Assembly: GCF_001194135.2 (NCBI RefSeq)
Contig: NC_068982.1
Span: forward strand, 9,857,998-9,912,479
Origin: Octopus bimaculoides
Taxonomy: Eukaryota
Length of the DNA: 54,482 nt
Direction: 5' to 3'
A program made the translations under genes and the position numbers. Of the stretch, positions 12,265 to 25,040 are shown one piece after another (positions within the stretch are counted from its first letter, which is position 1; each line of letters starts with the position of its first letter). Under the pieces are notes generated by a model. The model did not search any database. It saw only the letters and a program-made list of their open reading frames with translations, and had not been told where the DNA came from.

Positions 12265-13104
12265 TAAGAACCTATTTCGATGTTTATAGTGAAATATTTT
12301 CCCCTTGTCCTCACAACCAGAAATATATCTTAGTCATCTGGTTGTTTCTATCCTACCCGTAATGATTAGCTTTTCCCTCATTAATAAGCTTCTCACTATA
12401 TAGCTGGAATTTATATTTATCCCACTTATACACACCCATACATATATCCGACTAAAGTAAAGAGAGAGAGAGAGAGAAGCAATTTCAATCAAAGTGATTA
12501 GAGGTTTAGAGCAGGAGTACTCAACCATTTTTTTTTCATTTAATGATCCTTTTGAATACTATTTTATTCTGGTGACCCCCCTCCCCGCCCCCATAGCCAT
12601 TCGATGTTATAAACTAGTTTTGTAAAAACTTCTTTCAAAATTGTTTTGTTTTTCACACTTTAATTTGTGTAGGTTGAACAATGTAAAAGGTGAGAGAAAG
12701 AAACTTTCTTACAAAGAATACAGATAAAGCAAAGTTTTCCTCAGGAGCCCTTAAAATATTATTGTGAATCCCCATTTTACTATTTTGTAACATGAACCCT
12801 TCCCTGCCACCATAAGTCATATATGGACCTTCAAGAGACATGTGGATCCTGGTAAAAACGTCTGATTTAGAGTATGAAAAGAAGGGCCAAACTGGGATTC
12901 TTGGCTGCTACCATTATACAAAGGTAGGTGGGTACGATCAGTGTGGAGGTGGAAGGAGAGATGGAGATGGAGACAAGATGCATTGGAGGAAGAACAGAAA
13001 GATGCAGGGTGGAAGCTGCCAGTGTGTATAGAGAGAGTGAGTGATGGTAAGAGACAGGGTAAGGATTCTCCATTTGAGATTACTGGGTGGACATATTCTT
13101 TTAT

Positions 13105-13480
13105 CCGTTTACTTGTTTGAGTCATTTGACTGCAGCCATGCTGGAGCATCGCCTTTAGTTGAACAAATCGACCCCAGGGTTTATTCTTTGTAAGTTTAAT
13201 AATTATTCTATCAGTCTCTTATTCCCGAACTGCTGATTTACAGGGACGTAAACACACCAACACCGGTTGTGAAGTGATGCTGGGGGTACAATCACAGACG
13301 CACAAATACACACACACATATATACCCAATGGGCTTCTTTCAGTTTCCGTCTACCAAACCCACTCACAAGGCTTTGGTAGGCCCAAGGCTATAGTAGGCT
13401 ATACACTTGACCAAGGTGCCACACAGTGGAACTGAACCCAGAACCATGTGGTTGGTAAGCAGGCTACTTACCACACAACC
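13105..13480 (-). mobile_element. tRNA-derived SINE family A (OR-type / CORE-like), near full length
   Basis: The minus strand has a tRNA-like head with a B box (ggttcagttcc), then ccttggtcaagtgt (CORE-like), ggaaactgaaagaagccc, a (TG)n spacer and a 3' half ending ccagcatggctgcagtcaaatgact. Confidence 0.8.
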
Positions 13481-13833
13481 ATGTACATACACAATCACAC
13501 ACACACGCATTGAATTGCATAGGAATGCACACACATGAAAAATAATGAAACATCAGCTTGGGTTCTAACATCAGACACACACACACCCACACACGCCCAC
13601 ATATGACTTCAAGTTTATCCGTATGCACACACACACACACAATACATGCATGCATCAACCACACATGCTGTCTTGTTTTAAATACAACTTTGCCACTTTG
13701 TTAGTGACTGACTTAAATTCTGCAAAGGGACAAAAAAGACATAAATCACACACACACACACACATACATATACATACATGCATACACCAGCCAATCTAGG
13801 GAACCACAAACTCCAAGGGCTCTCTTGTCTTAA

Positions 13834-14292
13834 ACCTTTAGTTACCATATTTCTGTTGAGATGCTCTGTGTTTCTTTCAATTACTTTAAATATAACAAAG
13901 AATTTAGTAAAATAACATAGTTATCATTAAGCTAGAGTTAGGAACATAAATTGTGACTAAGGTTTGGTGGAAAATTTTAATTCAAAACTTTTGAAAACAA
14001 GACATTTGTGCTACAGAGCTAGAAGCAGTTTCAGGTAGGTTGGTATCAAAAGGGTAAAAGTAATCATTTGTTAACACTTTTGTTACTGTATTTATTTTGA
14101 GATGCTCTGTGTTTCTTTCAATTTTAAATATAACAAAGAATTTAGTAAAATAACTTAGTTATCATTAAGCTAGTGTTAGGAACATAAATTGTGACTAAGG
14201 TTTGGTGGAAGATTTTAATTCAAAACTTATGAAAACAAGACATTTGTACTACAGAGCCAAAGGCAGTTTCAGCTGGGTTGATAAGGAAAGAG
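13834..14292 (+). mobile_element. Two head-to-tail copies of the same ~220-bp MITE
   Basis: Copies at 13834-14054 and 14075-14292, each preceded by TTAA and ending in aaaggg-like termini. They share the body gttaccatatttctgttgagatgctctgtgtttctttcaatt. Confidence 0.8.
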
Positions 14293-14889
14293 TAAACTAT
14301 GCCATTTTGTCAGTGACTGGTTTAAAAAAATACAAAGAGGGAAAAAAAAAACATAAAATTACACACACACACACACACACATATGTCTGTTGTGTCCAGA
14401 TGGTATAGTAATCAGAATAGAAGGGATTGACTTTTACTTATACAGCAAAACAACTTCAGCAGATCAAATCAATTAAAACCTAAGAATTAGGTCAATAGTT
14501 TCACAGAGTAGTCAGGGTAGAGAATTGATTAGTGTCAGGGACACCACAATGCTTTTAATCTCATTTATAATACCTTCGCCCCCCCCCCTGCCACCAACAT
14601 CACTATGACTACCTTGGAAATCTGTAATACTTCCACCTGGCCATGAAGATCAGTAGCTGTAACATCTGACACAAATTCCATCACTCATATTACCAAGTGG
14701 TCAAACCATCCAACTAATCTACTAATGTAACAAGCATCACCATCGTCATCATCATCACCACCACCACCACCAATACAGCCAGTATGACTTCTGACTATCA
14801 TCATCAGTAACATTGATAACGGTTATCATCGTTATCATCACCATAACGATATGACCACATATCTAAATCTCAAATACAATCACCAAAAA

Positions 14890-15375
14890 AAAATCTGGCA
14901 CTCTGTTGGTTACAGTGATCAGATCAGCTTCCACCTGATTTGATGGAACAGCCTGCTCATGAAATTAATGTGTAGGTGGATGAGTGCTCCAAAGACACTC
15001 ATATCCTTAACCCATTAAGTCCCACTGTCCTATAAATAGGACACTGAATATTTTCATTTCTATTTGAAGTAAAGGAGTTTTAATTATTATTTTTTTTCAT
15101 TTTAACCTATTTTCAATCATCTGTAAAAAATTTAAAGTAATATTCAGAGCTTTAAGTACCCAGGGACTTAATGGGTTAATTCTAAAGGAGATTCAGCATG
15201 ACACAGAATGCAACAAGGCTGACCCTTTGAGATACAGGTACAACTCGTTTTTGCCAGCTGAGTGAACTGGAGCAACATGAAATAAAGAGTCTTGCTCAAG
15301 GATGCAATGTGCTACTGGGGATTGAACTTACAACCTTACAATCATGAGCTAAATAGCCTAAACATTAAGCCAAAT
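14890..15375 (-). mobile_element. tRNA-derived SINE family D, interrupted by the 15011-15175 MITE
   Basis: cagctgagtgaactggagcaacatgaaataaagagtcttgctcaagg block, shared with 30280-30340. The tRNA-like head is at ~15300-15375. Confidence 0.7.
15011..15175. mobile_element. 165-bp TTAA-flanked MITE (piggyBac-like)
   Basis: Perfect 13-bp TIR cccattaagtccc / gggacttaatggg, with TTAA at 15007-15010 and 15176-15179. Confidence 0.85.
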
Positions 15376-15783
15376 GCCTTCACAATTACTAACAAGGCAA
15401 TCAACAAAATACCTAATAGTATTTGTCCTCGATCTTATCAGTCTGTGTTCAAATCTGACTGACGTTAACTTCATCTTTCATCTTTCTGGTGTTGATAAAA
15501 TAAATTATTTGTCAAGTACTGAGGTCATATTAATTGCCCCTTATCCTCTCCCTACAAAATTCCAAGATTCTGCTTATGTGAGCAGTGCCATCTTAAGGCA
15601 TATAATTTACTAGTTTCTTTTGCGTATGCAAATATAGTATTGGGATATCACATTTATGTTCATTAGAAATTAAAAAAATAAAGAATATTGACATGTACGA
15701 ATATTCATTTCCCCCCACTGTACATAGACAGATAGATATATACATACAGACATACATATATGTAAATACATACATACACATCT

Positions 15784-15818
<35 letters not shown>

Positions 15819-15955
15819 CAGACATACATACATATATGTAAATACATACATACATATATGTAAATACATACATATTTATATATTATTTATATTATTATAT
15901 ATATATATAAATATAGATATATACATACAGACATACATACATACATATATATACA

Positions 15956-16001
<46 letters not shown>

Positions 16002-16069
16002 TACATACATGCATATTAGAATATACATATGAACTTCCAAGCATCCATGCTGTATATAGCCAACTATAC

Positions 16070-16230
16070 CTTGTCACGTATACTTTGACGCATTTCTTCT
16101 CGCTCTTCTTCCATTTTCCTGTGTTTTTCTTTGCGCCTCTCTTCGGCTTCTCTTCTGGCTTCTTCAATAGCCGCAGCCTCTTCTTCTGCATTCTCATTCC
16201 CTTCTTTGTCGCCTTCATCACCTCCCATAG
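16070..16230 (-). CDS. cplx: Complexin (synaphin) internal coding exon: (A)MGGDEGDKEGNENAEEEAAAIEEARREAEERRKEKHRKMEEEREEMRQSIRDK
   Basis: Acceptor TTTTGACAG| at 16232-16231 and donor AAG|GTATAG at 16069. The exon is 161 nt (2 nt + 53 codons). It encodes the E/R/K-rich accessory and central helix with the complexin signature MEEEREEMRQSIRDK. Confidence 0.95.
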
Positions 16231-16339
16231 CTGTCAAAAGGATCAACAAGATGAGAAGACATTAGCAACCTATATGCATTTCACGTTGAAATATTACAAC
16301 AGATGCAGACATGTTTGAAATAAGATGAGAAAGTGAGGA

Positions 16340-16371
<32 letters not shown>

Positions 16372-17033
16372 GAGAAATATAGATAGATAGGAATGAAAGA
16401 GAGACCGTGAGAAAGAGAAACTGAAAGAAGAAGACGAAAAATAAATGCTAGATGCCCTGATTTCTTTTCTTTCTTGTAATTCAGGTGACTTATTTTAAGG
16501 GAAGACTTATTATTTTATGGGAATTAAGACATTGTGGTTGCAGTTGCTGTGGTTTCAAATTCGTTCTTTCAATCATCGCCACCACTACCACTGCCATTAT
16601 CATCATCATCATCATCATCATCACAGTCACTAGGAGCAGCAGTGGCAACAGCAGCAGTATTGCAATACAATGTATTTCAGCTTGTATTTCTTTCCATACT
16701 GTATTTGATTCATGTAAACAATATGCAGTATTGCCTATAGATACATATATATACTACCACACCACGCTACACCATACCATACAACACATCACAACACACC
16801 ACCACACACACGCCAGCACTGACCAACTCCCATCCCCACATTTTCACACCTTCACACCTACATACACACATGCACACGTCAAGTTCACCAGCATTCTCTT
16901 ACACACGCACCTTCGTCTTGGGATCAATACTACTTTGTTATCTCCCCTTCTTAACTCTCCTGGGTGACCCTTCTGTCTGGCCTTTGCCATGATAGATTGC
17001 TAACGACTACACACATTTTTTTCTCTCCTTGTT

Positions 17034-17071
17034 TCTTTCTGTGGAAGAGCGTAGGCTTGAAACATTAAAGA
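17034..17071 (+). ncRNA. Degenerate minimal hammerhead-like motif
   Basis: tcttt-CTGtgGA-a-gagc(gtag)gctt-GAAAC-aTT-aaaga. Stem I is a perfect 5 bp and stem II is 4 bp, but the core is non-canonical. Confidence 0.45.
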
Positions 17072-17160
17072 CTTATTCACTTCCCAAACATTAAACTAAT
17101 ACATCTGTTTGTTGTCTACACCACCTGTCTTCATCTTTTGCTTTTTTGTAAGTTCTCCCT

Positions 17161-17221
<61 letters not shown>

Positions 17222-17224
<3 letters not shown>

Positions 17225-17700
17225 TCATCATCATCATCATCGTTTAACATACATTTTCTATGCTGGCATAGATAGGACAGTTTGACTGGGGAGTGGCACT
17301 CCAGTGGGCTGCACCAGGCTCCAATCTGTTATGGCAATGTTTCTACAGCTGGATGCCCTTCCTAACACCAACCACTCCGAGAGTGTAGTGGGTGCTTTTT
17401 ATGTGCCACCGGCACAGGAGCCAGTCAGGCAGCACTGGAATTGATCACATTTGGATAGTCCTTTTTATGGACCACTGGCAAGGAAGCCAGTCAGGGGTCA
17501 CTAGCCACAGTTATGAAATTGGTTTTACTTGACTCAACAGGTCTTCTCAAGCATATCATATCACATGATGCATCAAGGGTACTCTTAACTGGGCCGGACA
17601 TGTGTGGCTGTGATCTCACTTTAGATGCCGGGTCTTCTCAATCACAGCATATCTCCAAAGGTTTCGGTCTCCTGTCATTGCCTCTGTGAAGCCCAATATT
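17222..17700 (-). mobile_element. Family B, long copy
   Basis: (ATC)n at 17222, then tttctacagctggatgcccttcctaac, two internal repeat units and 5' sequence up to the gap. Confidence 0.75.
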
Positions 17701-17836
17701 CAAAGGTCATATATGCATACATATANNNNNNNNNNNNNNNNNNNNNNNNNNNNNNNNNNNNNNNNNNNNNNNNNNNNNNNNNNNNNNNNNNNNNNNNNNN
17801 NNNNNNNNNNNNNNNNNNNNNNNNNNNNNNNNNNNN

Positions 17837-17875
<39 letters not shown>

Positions 17876-18039
17876 TATATCTTTTATTTTTACTTGTTTC
17901 AGTCATTAGACTGCGGCCATGCTGGGGCACTGCCTTGAAGAATTTATAGTCAAAGGTATCGACCCCAACAACACTTTGTTTCATTGCTGAAGCATGGAAC
18001 AAGCTACCTGCATCAGTTGTTAGCTGCTGAGACATTGCC

Positions 18040-18328
18040 TCGTTGTTGCAAAGTGACCAATGGACAAGCCTGCCTATATTGTCGTGGCGTCTCTTATATT
18101 CTTTCTAGGCTAGTGGCACACATTGACTGGTAATATGCCGTATGTTTTCAGCATTTTGTCCACAAATTCTGCACTTATCATTTTCTGATGTGTTGTCTAT
18201 TCTGCATTTTATGTAATTTGTTCATAGTGCTTGCTCTTGGGCAGCACAGATTAGAGCCTCCGTTTCCGGTTTTAAATCATTTTTAGCCATCTACAGCCAC
18301 CTTTTTTCTGTCTGTCCTATCTTCAACA
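18040..18328 (-). mobile_element. R4/Dong-like non-LTR retrotransposon fragment (CCHC region)
   Basis: The minus strand gives EALICAAQEQAL*TNY and CRICGQNAENIRHITSQC (C-x2-C-x8-H-x4-C), followed by a frameshift. It is homologous to ~26990-27240. Confidence 0.8.
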
Positions 18329-18399
18329 TCCCTTATTATTATTATTGTTATTATTATTATTATTATCATTATTATTGTTGTTGTTGTTGTTGTTATTCA

Positions 18400-18605
18400 G
18401 TAGTTTTATTTTTATAGCGTGCTTTCACTTCACTACCAAGCGCAGCTCTGTGTGCCTTAGGTATGTGCTGTGTTTTGCTGTGATGCTCTTATGGTTACTG
18501 TATTGAAAGTGTTTTGCGTATGATGTGTGCAGTGCCCAGTAGGGCAATTTTTTGTATGTTATATATATTTGTAAGTCCTGGTGTTTTTGTTATGTATTTG
18601 TCCAA
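18400..18605 (-). mobile_element. 3' end of an R4/Dong-like element
   Basis: Encodes YLDKYITKTPGLTNIYNIQKIALLGTAHIIRKTLSIQ*, the typical end of a REL-endonuclease ORF. It is followed by a short 3' UTR and a (CAA/TAA)n tail, with (TAA)n on both sides. Confidence 0.75.
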
Positions 18606-18606
18606 A

Positions 18607-18661
<55 letters not shown>

Positions 18662-18671
18662 NNNNNNNNNN

Positions 18672-18915
18672 AAATACACCATTTTGAGTGTGGCCATTGC
18701 CAGTACCGCCTGAATGGCCTTCGTCCGGGTGACACGTACAAGCACCCACTACACTCTCTGAGTGGTTGGCGTTAGGAAGGGCATCCAGCTGTAGAAACTC
18801 TGCCAAATCAGATAGGAGCCTGGTGTAGCCATCTAGTTCACCAGTCCTCAGTCAAATCGTCCAACCCATGCTAGCATGGAAAGCATACGTTAAACGACGA
18901 TGATGATGATGATTA
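18672..18915 (+). mobile_element. Family B copy
   Basis: Same blocks as 5102-5300, with one internal unit. Confidence 0.8.
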
Positions 18916-19799
18916 TTATTATTTCAATTGCTATAGAGTGGATGTAATTTCTAGTAATATAAGTTTGCAGCAAACATCACTGGAGATAGTCATTTTTCTT
19001 TGATTATAACCGTTTATCTCTTGAGAAACAAATTCTCTCATCCTTAAAGTTATATATCTAATCTGGTGGATATTTAATAAATAGATCAATAATATAATTG
19101 AAAGTTGTAATAACTTACTGGTTGCAATTTAATATAATAAATTAATTACAAGTGTGCTGGGGCAAGATATGTTTATAAAATGTGCTAGGAAAAGCATTGA
19201 CTGACAAAGCTCCCTAATTAAAAAAGAACAAAATAAAATTCCACACAACACAGAGAAAAAATCAATTTTGTGATCCTATTTCAAGTGAAAGGGTAAAATA
19301 CATTTCCCCTAAGAGATTTAACAATGAGAAATATTTCCAGTTGGGACTTTTAGGCAATGAAATTTTGCTTCTTTACCAATGCTCCTTTTCTTTCTTTTTT
19401 CTTTTTTTTCTCACCTGAATATAATCTAGCTAGCCTCAACAAATTAATGATTGACAAAAAATTCTGGAAATAGAAAAGCTAAACAAACATCTTCCTTAGA
19501 GTATTACATTCTGAAATGTTATTAATTAGTTCTGATGGGAAAATTGCTTAAAGTGCTAAGCACGTCTCTTCTGGGTTTTGCTCAATCACATATGAAATAA
19601 TTTAACCCTTTAACGGCAGAATTGAATTTCACGGTTATTCCAGTAATGATGGTAAATATCTACCAAAAAATATAAATGGTATTTTCTTAAAATTACATTA
19701 CTGCAATAAACTCGGCACATCATCATCATTTAACGTCCACTTTCCATGCTGGCATGGTTGGACAATTTAATTGTCTTCAGTAGACAACACACACACACA

Positions 19800-20540
19800 C
19801 ACAGAGGCTTCTTTGAGTTTCCATTTACCAAATCCTCTTTTAAGGCTTTGGTCACCCTGAGACTAGAGTAGAAAACACTTGCCCAAGGTGCTACATGGTG
19901 GAACTGAACCCAGAACCATGTGGTTGTGAAGCAAGACTCTTACCACACAACCGCACCAGTACCATATATTCTTTTTATTTCAGCCATTTGGTCAAACAAA
20001 TCGACCCCAGGACTTATTCTTTCTAAGCCTAGTACTTATTCTATCGGTTTCTTTTGCCGAACTGCTAAGTTACAGGGACGTAAACACACCAACATCGGTT
20101 GTCAAGCAATGGTGGGGGTACAAACACAGACACAAACATACATACATACATACAAACATACATATATATACGTCGGGCTTCTTTCAGTTTCAGTCTACCA
20201 AATCCACTCACAAGGCTTTGGTCGGCCCAAGACTATAGTAGAAGACACTCACCCAAGGCGACATGTAGTGGGACTGAACCCAGAATCATGTGGTTGGTAA
20301 GCAAGCTACTTACAACACAGCCACTCTTGCACCTATATAAAAATATACATACACATATATATATATATATATATAGGACAAGCTTCTTTCAGTTTCCATC
20401 TACCAAATTCACTCACATGGTTTTGGTCAGCCCAAGGCTATAGTAGAAGACACTTGCCCAAGGTGCCACACAGTGGGACTGAACCTGGAACCATGTGGTT
20501 GGTAAGCAAGCTACTCGTCACACAGCCACTCCTGTGCCTA
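19800..20540 (-). mobile_element. Cluster of three same-orientation SINE family A copies
   Basis: A head at ~19800-19955, a near-full copy at ~19975-20335 and a head at ~20375-20540. Confidence 0.8.
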
Positions 20541-20806
20541 TATATTGTTATTTCAAACTCACAAACATGTGCTGGGTTCCTTCCTTTTGCAGACAATTTG
20601 ATTTACATGAATAAGGCAAAAGTATTTGTGTTCAATTATATCAGCTGACATCTCGTTTGAAATGAAATGATCAGAAGATGGAAGTCTTTCATGAATGAGA
20701 AGTCAAAGAATTGAATTGAATTAAGGGGAAGAAAAAACTGGGATATAGAACTGTCTGATGCATATGACAACATAAATAAGAATACAGACAGCGGGGACTG
20801 ATAACA

Positions 20807-20976
20807 GTGGTGATGATGATGATGATGATGGGGAGAAGGAGGAGGAGGGACCTCACAGTGGTATCAGCGATAGAAAGGATTAGATTGGTAGGAATGACGA
20901 CGAAAACGATGATGGTGAATGACTGTAGAGGTTGTTATTACGATGATGCTGATAATGATAACAACAAGGGTAGTTG

Positions 20977-21065
<89 letters not shown>

Positions 21066-21084
21066 GTGATGATGGTGATGGTGA

Positions 21085-21116
<32 letters not shown>

Positions 21117-21141
21117 ATGATGATGGTGGTGATGATGATGG

Positions 21142-21217
<76 letters not shown>

Positions 21218-21305
21218 GATGGTGATGATCATATCCATGATTGTGATGATGATGATGATGATGATGATGATATTCATGATGATGATGATGATGATGATGA
21301 TGACA
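20807..21305 (+). repeat. Long imperfect (GAT/GGT)n triplet microsatellite
   Basis: Directly visible. It explains the poly-D, poly-M and poly-I ORFs. Confidence 0.95.
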
Positions 21306-22644
21306 AGAATGATAACGATTAGAAGTAGAGTGAAAATGATGGCAAGGAGAAATTCATTTCCCTTTTTTTTCTTTTTCTTTTCCTTTTCTTTTTGTCAGGA
21401 ATGGCAGAAATGGTTTTGCAAAAAGAATTACATACAAAGAAGGCGAAAGTCTTGTGCAGATGTCATGCTGAAGAATACCAGAGAGAATTTCCCTCTGAAG
21501 CTTTTCATTTAAGATTATTGACCTCAGACAGCTATGTAATTACACTGAGGTAATTAATTAGTATAAAGAAGCAGAAATGAGGTAAATAAACCAGTTGAGA
21601 GAGGGAGAGGGGAGGGAGAGGTGGAGGGAGAGGGGGAGGGGAGGGGGAGATGATATAAAAAAAGGAAGGGGGCCAAAAGAAAATAAGTCTAGTGGAAGCA
21701 AGGAATTGAAGAGAATTGTTTGAAATAATAGAAAGAAANNNNNNNNNNNNNNNNNNNNNNNNNNNNNNNNNNNNNNNNNNNNNNNNNNNNNNNNNNNNNN
21801 NNNNNNNNNNNNNNNNNNNNNNNNNNNNNNNNNNNNNNNNNNNNNNNNNNNNNNNNNNNNNNNNNNNNNNNNNNNNNNNNNNNNNNNNNNNNNGAGCAAC
21901 AAAGAAAAATGAAGGAAACAAGGTAAATATTTAATAAACAAAATATCTTAAAAGTGGAGAGAGAGAAGAAATAAAAGAGTAACAGAAAGCGAGAGAGAAT
22001 GGAGAGGGTGAAAGAGAGAGAGAGGGGGTGGGAAGAAATAGGAGTAACAGAGAGTGAGAGAGAATGGAGAGGGTGAAAAAGCAAGAGAGAGAGAGAGAGA
22101 GAGAGAGTGAGTGAGAGTAAAATCTAAGAATAAAGGAGAAAGAGAGAAAATTGAAGGAGGCAAATGAAGAAAGTGAATGAATTAGAAAGAGGCAGAAAAG
22201 GAGAAAGTGAAAGCTTCAAAGAGAATGGTAATTATAACTAAGATGGAAGGAAGGAACAAAGTTATTAGTGAGAAGAAATGAAAAAGAAATACAAAAAAAA
22301 CCAACAAAACATTAAAGGTTGTCATCAACCTGGACTGATGTCTTCCAGAAGAGTCTCAATGGTAATCTAATATCATTGGTTTGGCAGAATCAGAAGCATT
22401 GGGATTAATGCCTTGTGGGTTTTGGTGATATCCTTTTACATTGAGGTCAACTTTGCTTTTCATCATAGTAAAGTCAATGAAATAAGTAGCAATCGAATAC
22501 TGGGGTTAATTAGAATGGTAATGTCATTAGAGCCTTGGATAAAATGCCGCCAGCATTCAGTTACAGCTTTTGTCTTTATTATTATTATTATTATTTCTCA
22601 GTTCTTATCTATGTGTTTCATTGAGATTTATTGAAGTTTTTTAC

Positions 22645-22772
22645 TGCACGGAGAGGGGAGGCTGGTATGCATGGGCGACTGCTGGTCTTCCATAAACAAC
22701 TTTGCCCAGACTTGTGCCTTGGAGGGGAACTTTCTAGGTGCAATCCCATGGTCATTTATGACCGAAGGGGGT
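22645..22772 (+). mobile_element. 3' fragment of the family D variant
   Basis: gaggctggtatgcatgggcgac...ctttctaggtgcaatcccatggtca...gaccgaaggggg is the reverse complement of 30100-30210. Confidence 0.7.
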
Positions 22773-23114
22773 ATTTACACTTTATATACATAAAATAATG
22801 TCCTATTCAGCTGAAATACACCCTTAGAGTTCATCATTCGAGAAAAAGCAAATAATAAGGCCCATTGCTCTGTGAATTGGGGGCTGACAATGGAACCTAG
22901 AGGAACAGCTCGTATGGCTGTATAAGCAATGTACAAAGGAGCAGCTAGGTAACTGAGAACCAGCAATGAGTTCATGATGGATTTAGGGGACAGATGGTGG
23001 TTCATCAGGGGTCATTTCTCACTCCTTGTTATTTATAGTTCATTCAAGTCATAACAGAGCAATTGTCATATCACATATCTCCTCTCCCCAGACTACCACC
23101 ATCTATAACTTATA

Positions 23115-23355
23115 AGCACCATTCGAGTGTGGCCGATGCCAGTGCTGCCTGACTGGTACATGCTGGTAGCATGTAAGAAGCATCCACTATACTCTTGGAG
23201 TGGTTGGCATTAGGAAGGGCATCCAGCTGTAGAAACCTTACCAAAACAGACTGGAGCCTGGTGCAGCCTCCTGGCTTGCCAGTTCTCACTCAAACCGTCC
23301 AACCCATGCCAGCATGAAAAGCAGACATTAAACAACAATGATGATGATGATGAAC
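23115..23355 (+). mobile_element. Family B copy
   Basis: Same blocks as 5102-5300, with one internal unit. Confidence 0.8.
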
Positions 23356-23879
23356 CCTTCCTTCATTATTTCTTCTAAATTATGATGCTTGAGTGGGGAA
23401 TGGTTGTCCCCTCCCCACTGTCCTTCATTCTCTTCTCACAATGCTTCTTTGGCCATGTTATTTCAAGCATATACCCTGACTCCTCATCATGTTACCTCAT
23501 CTCCCTACACCATTCTATCCACCCAAATATAACGCAGGGTAGCACTGTCTGTATCTCCACACTACTCAACACTCCTCTCCCCAGCCCCCCTACAGCCCTT
23601 ATCACTCTTACTCTCTTTCCCTAATCTGTTCACATTACTTTTCCCTTTTGCCCCAATCGCCCACTTCTATCTTATCTTCCCTTCATGCACCACTTCACCC
23701 ATCTCTTTATAACCTGTATTTCCTCTCACTCACCCTTCCTCACCATCCACTCACTAATTCACCCTCAATAACACCCTGACACTGCTTCCCACTTTCATTC
23801 TTATTAACTCTTTCCCCAACGCAGTCTCGACCCGTCTCTCCCCTACTGCCCTTTCTCATGAATAAAATACCATTGGAGC

Positions 23880-24185
23880 ACTGTTGTTTGTTCCTTCTCG
23901 ATCTTTGCCTGGCTCATAAGAGCCGGTTTCTTGGTTTCATTGGCATATAGGTTCCCCACCTGGACGGGACACCAGTCCATCGCAGGTGAGCTGCTAGATG
24001 CAGGAGGAAAGTGTGAGAGAAAGTTGTGGTGAAAGAGTCAGCAGAGGTTCACCATTACTTTCTGCCAGAGCCACGTGGAGCTTACGTGTTTTGCTCATAA
24101 GCACACATAACACCCTGTATGAGATTTGAACCAGTGATCCCTCAACTGTGGGTTCACTACTCTAACCACTAGGCCATGTACTCCC
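23880..24185 (-). mobile_element. Further tRNA-derived SINE (family E)
   Basis: The minus-strand head has tggcctagtggttagagtagtga and ggttcaaatctc. The body contains ccccacctggacgggacaccagtccatcgcagg. Confidence 0.6.
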
Positions 24186-24189
24186 CACC

Positions 24190-24455
24190 ACCTCGAAATT
24201 GTTGGCCTTCTGCCAAAATATTAACGAAGGGAAGAATAATCCTTTCTATTAGAAGCACAAGGCCTGAAAATTTAGGGTAAGGGCTAGTCAATTATATCAA
24301 CTCCAGTACGTACCTGGTATTTATTTCATCGACCCCCAAAAGGATGAAAGGAAAAGTCAACCTCGGTGGAATTTGAACTCAGAATGTAGCAGCTGAAAAA
24401 AATACTGCTAAGCATTTCGTCCAGCATGCTAATGATTCTGCCAGCTCACCGTCTT
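24190..24455 (-). mobile_element. SINE family C
   Basis: tcgacccccaaaaggatgaaaggaaaagtcaacctcggtggaatttgaactcagaa block. Confidence 0.75.
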
Positions 24456-24819
24456 TGAACGGAAGAAGAATGATATATGCAGAAGTCAAACAACTATGTT
24501 TAGTGTAGGTTAGTCTGATGCAAACCAGCTAAATTCATATTTCTTTTCATGTTTTTGCCAATATATGTTTGTGTATTTTCTATTTACATATGCTCAAACG
24601 CACAAATGTACATACAGATGTCCATAAATATTAACATTGGTATTTTCTATAGGAAATGTAAATCAATATGCAAATGCCAATGTTTTGTAGACTGATACGA
24701 GGTTTTGATATGGCACACACACACATACACATACACACACTCTCACACACGGGCGCACGCACACAGCCAAGCCTGTGTGTTAAAGAAGTTTGCTTCCTGA
24801 CCACACCTTTTCTATTTTT

Positions 24820-25005
24820 CTTTTATTGTTTCGCTTGTTTCAGTAATTTGACTGTGGCCATGCTGGAGCACTGCCTTTAGTCGGACAAATCGACCCCAGG
24901 ACTTATTCTTTGTAAGCCAAAGTATTCTATTGGTCCCTTGTGCTGAACTGATAAGTTACGGGGACATAAACACACCAACATCGGTTGTCAAGTGATGGTG
25001 GGCAT

Positions 25006-25040
<35 letters not shown>

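Larger units (their letters stand above)
332..16069 (-). other. cplx: Complexin intron (~15.7 kb, GT...AG)
   Basis: Lies between two phase-compatible exons with canonical splice dinucleotides. The length is uncertain because of the N gaps. Confidence 0.85.

Noticed and set aside
13430-13480. tRNA genes at SINE heads
   Set aside because: A/B-box-like sequence is present, but there is no cloverleaf and each continues into a repeated SINE body.
15895-16318. Alternative-frame ORFs over the complexin exon, and 141-335 (+) over the other exon
   Set aside because: They are shadow frames of the real exons.
20807-21512. Poly-Asp, poly-Met and poly-Ile ORFs
   Set aside because: They are translations of a (GAT/GGT)n microsatellite with no splice or homology support.
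22775-23030. Coding-like sequence after the family D fragment
   Set aside because: The + strand frame I read has several stops, the 76-aa minus-strand ORF has no recognisable motifs, and there is no splice support.
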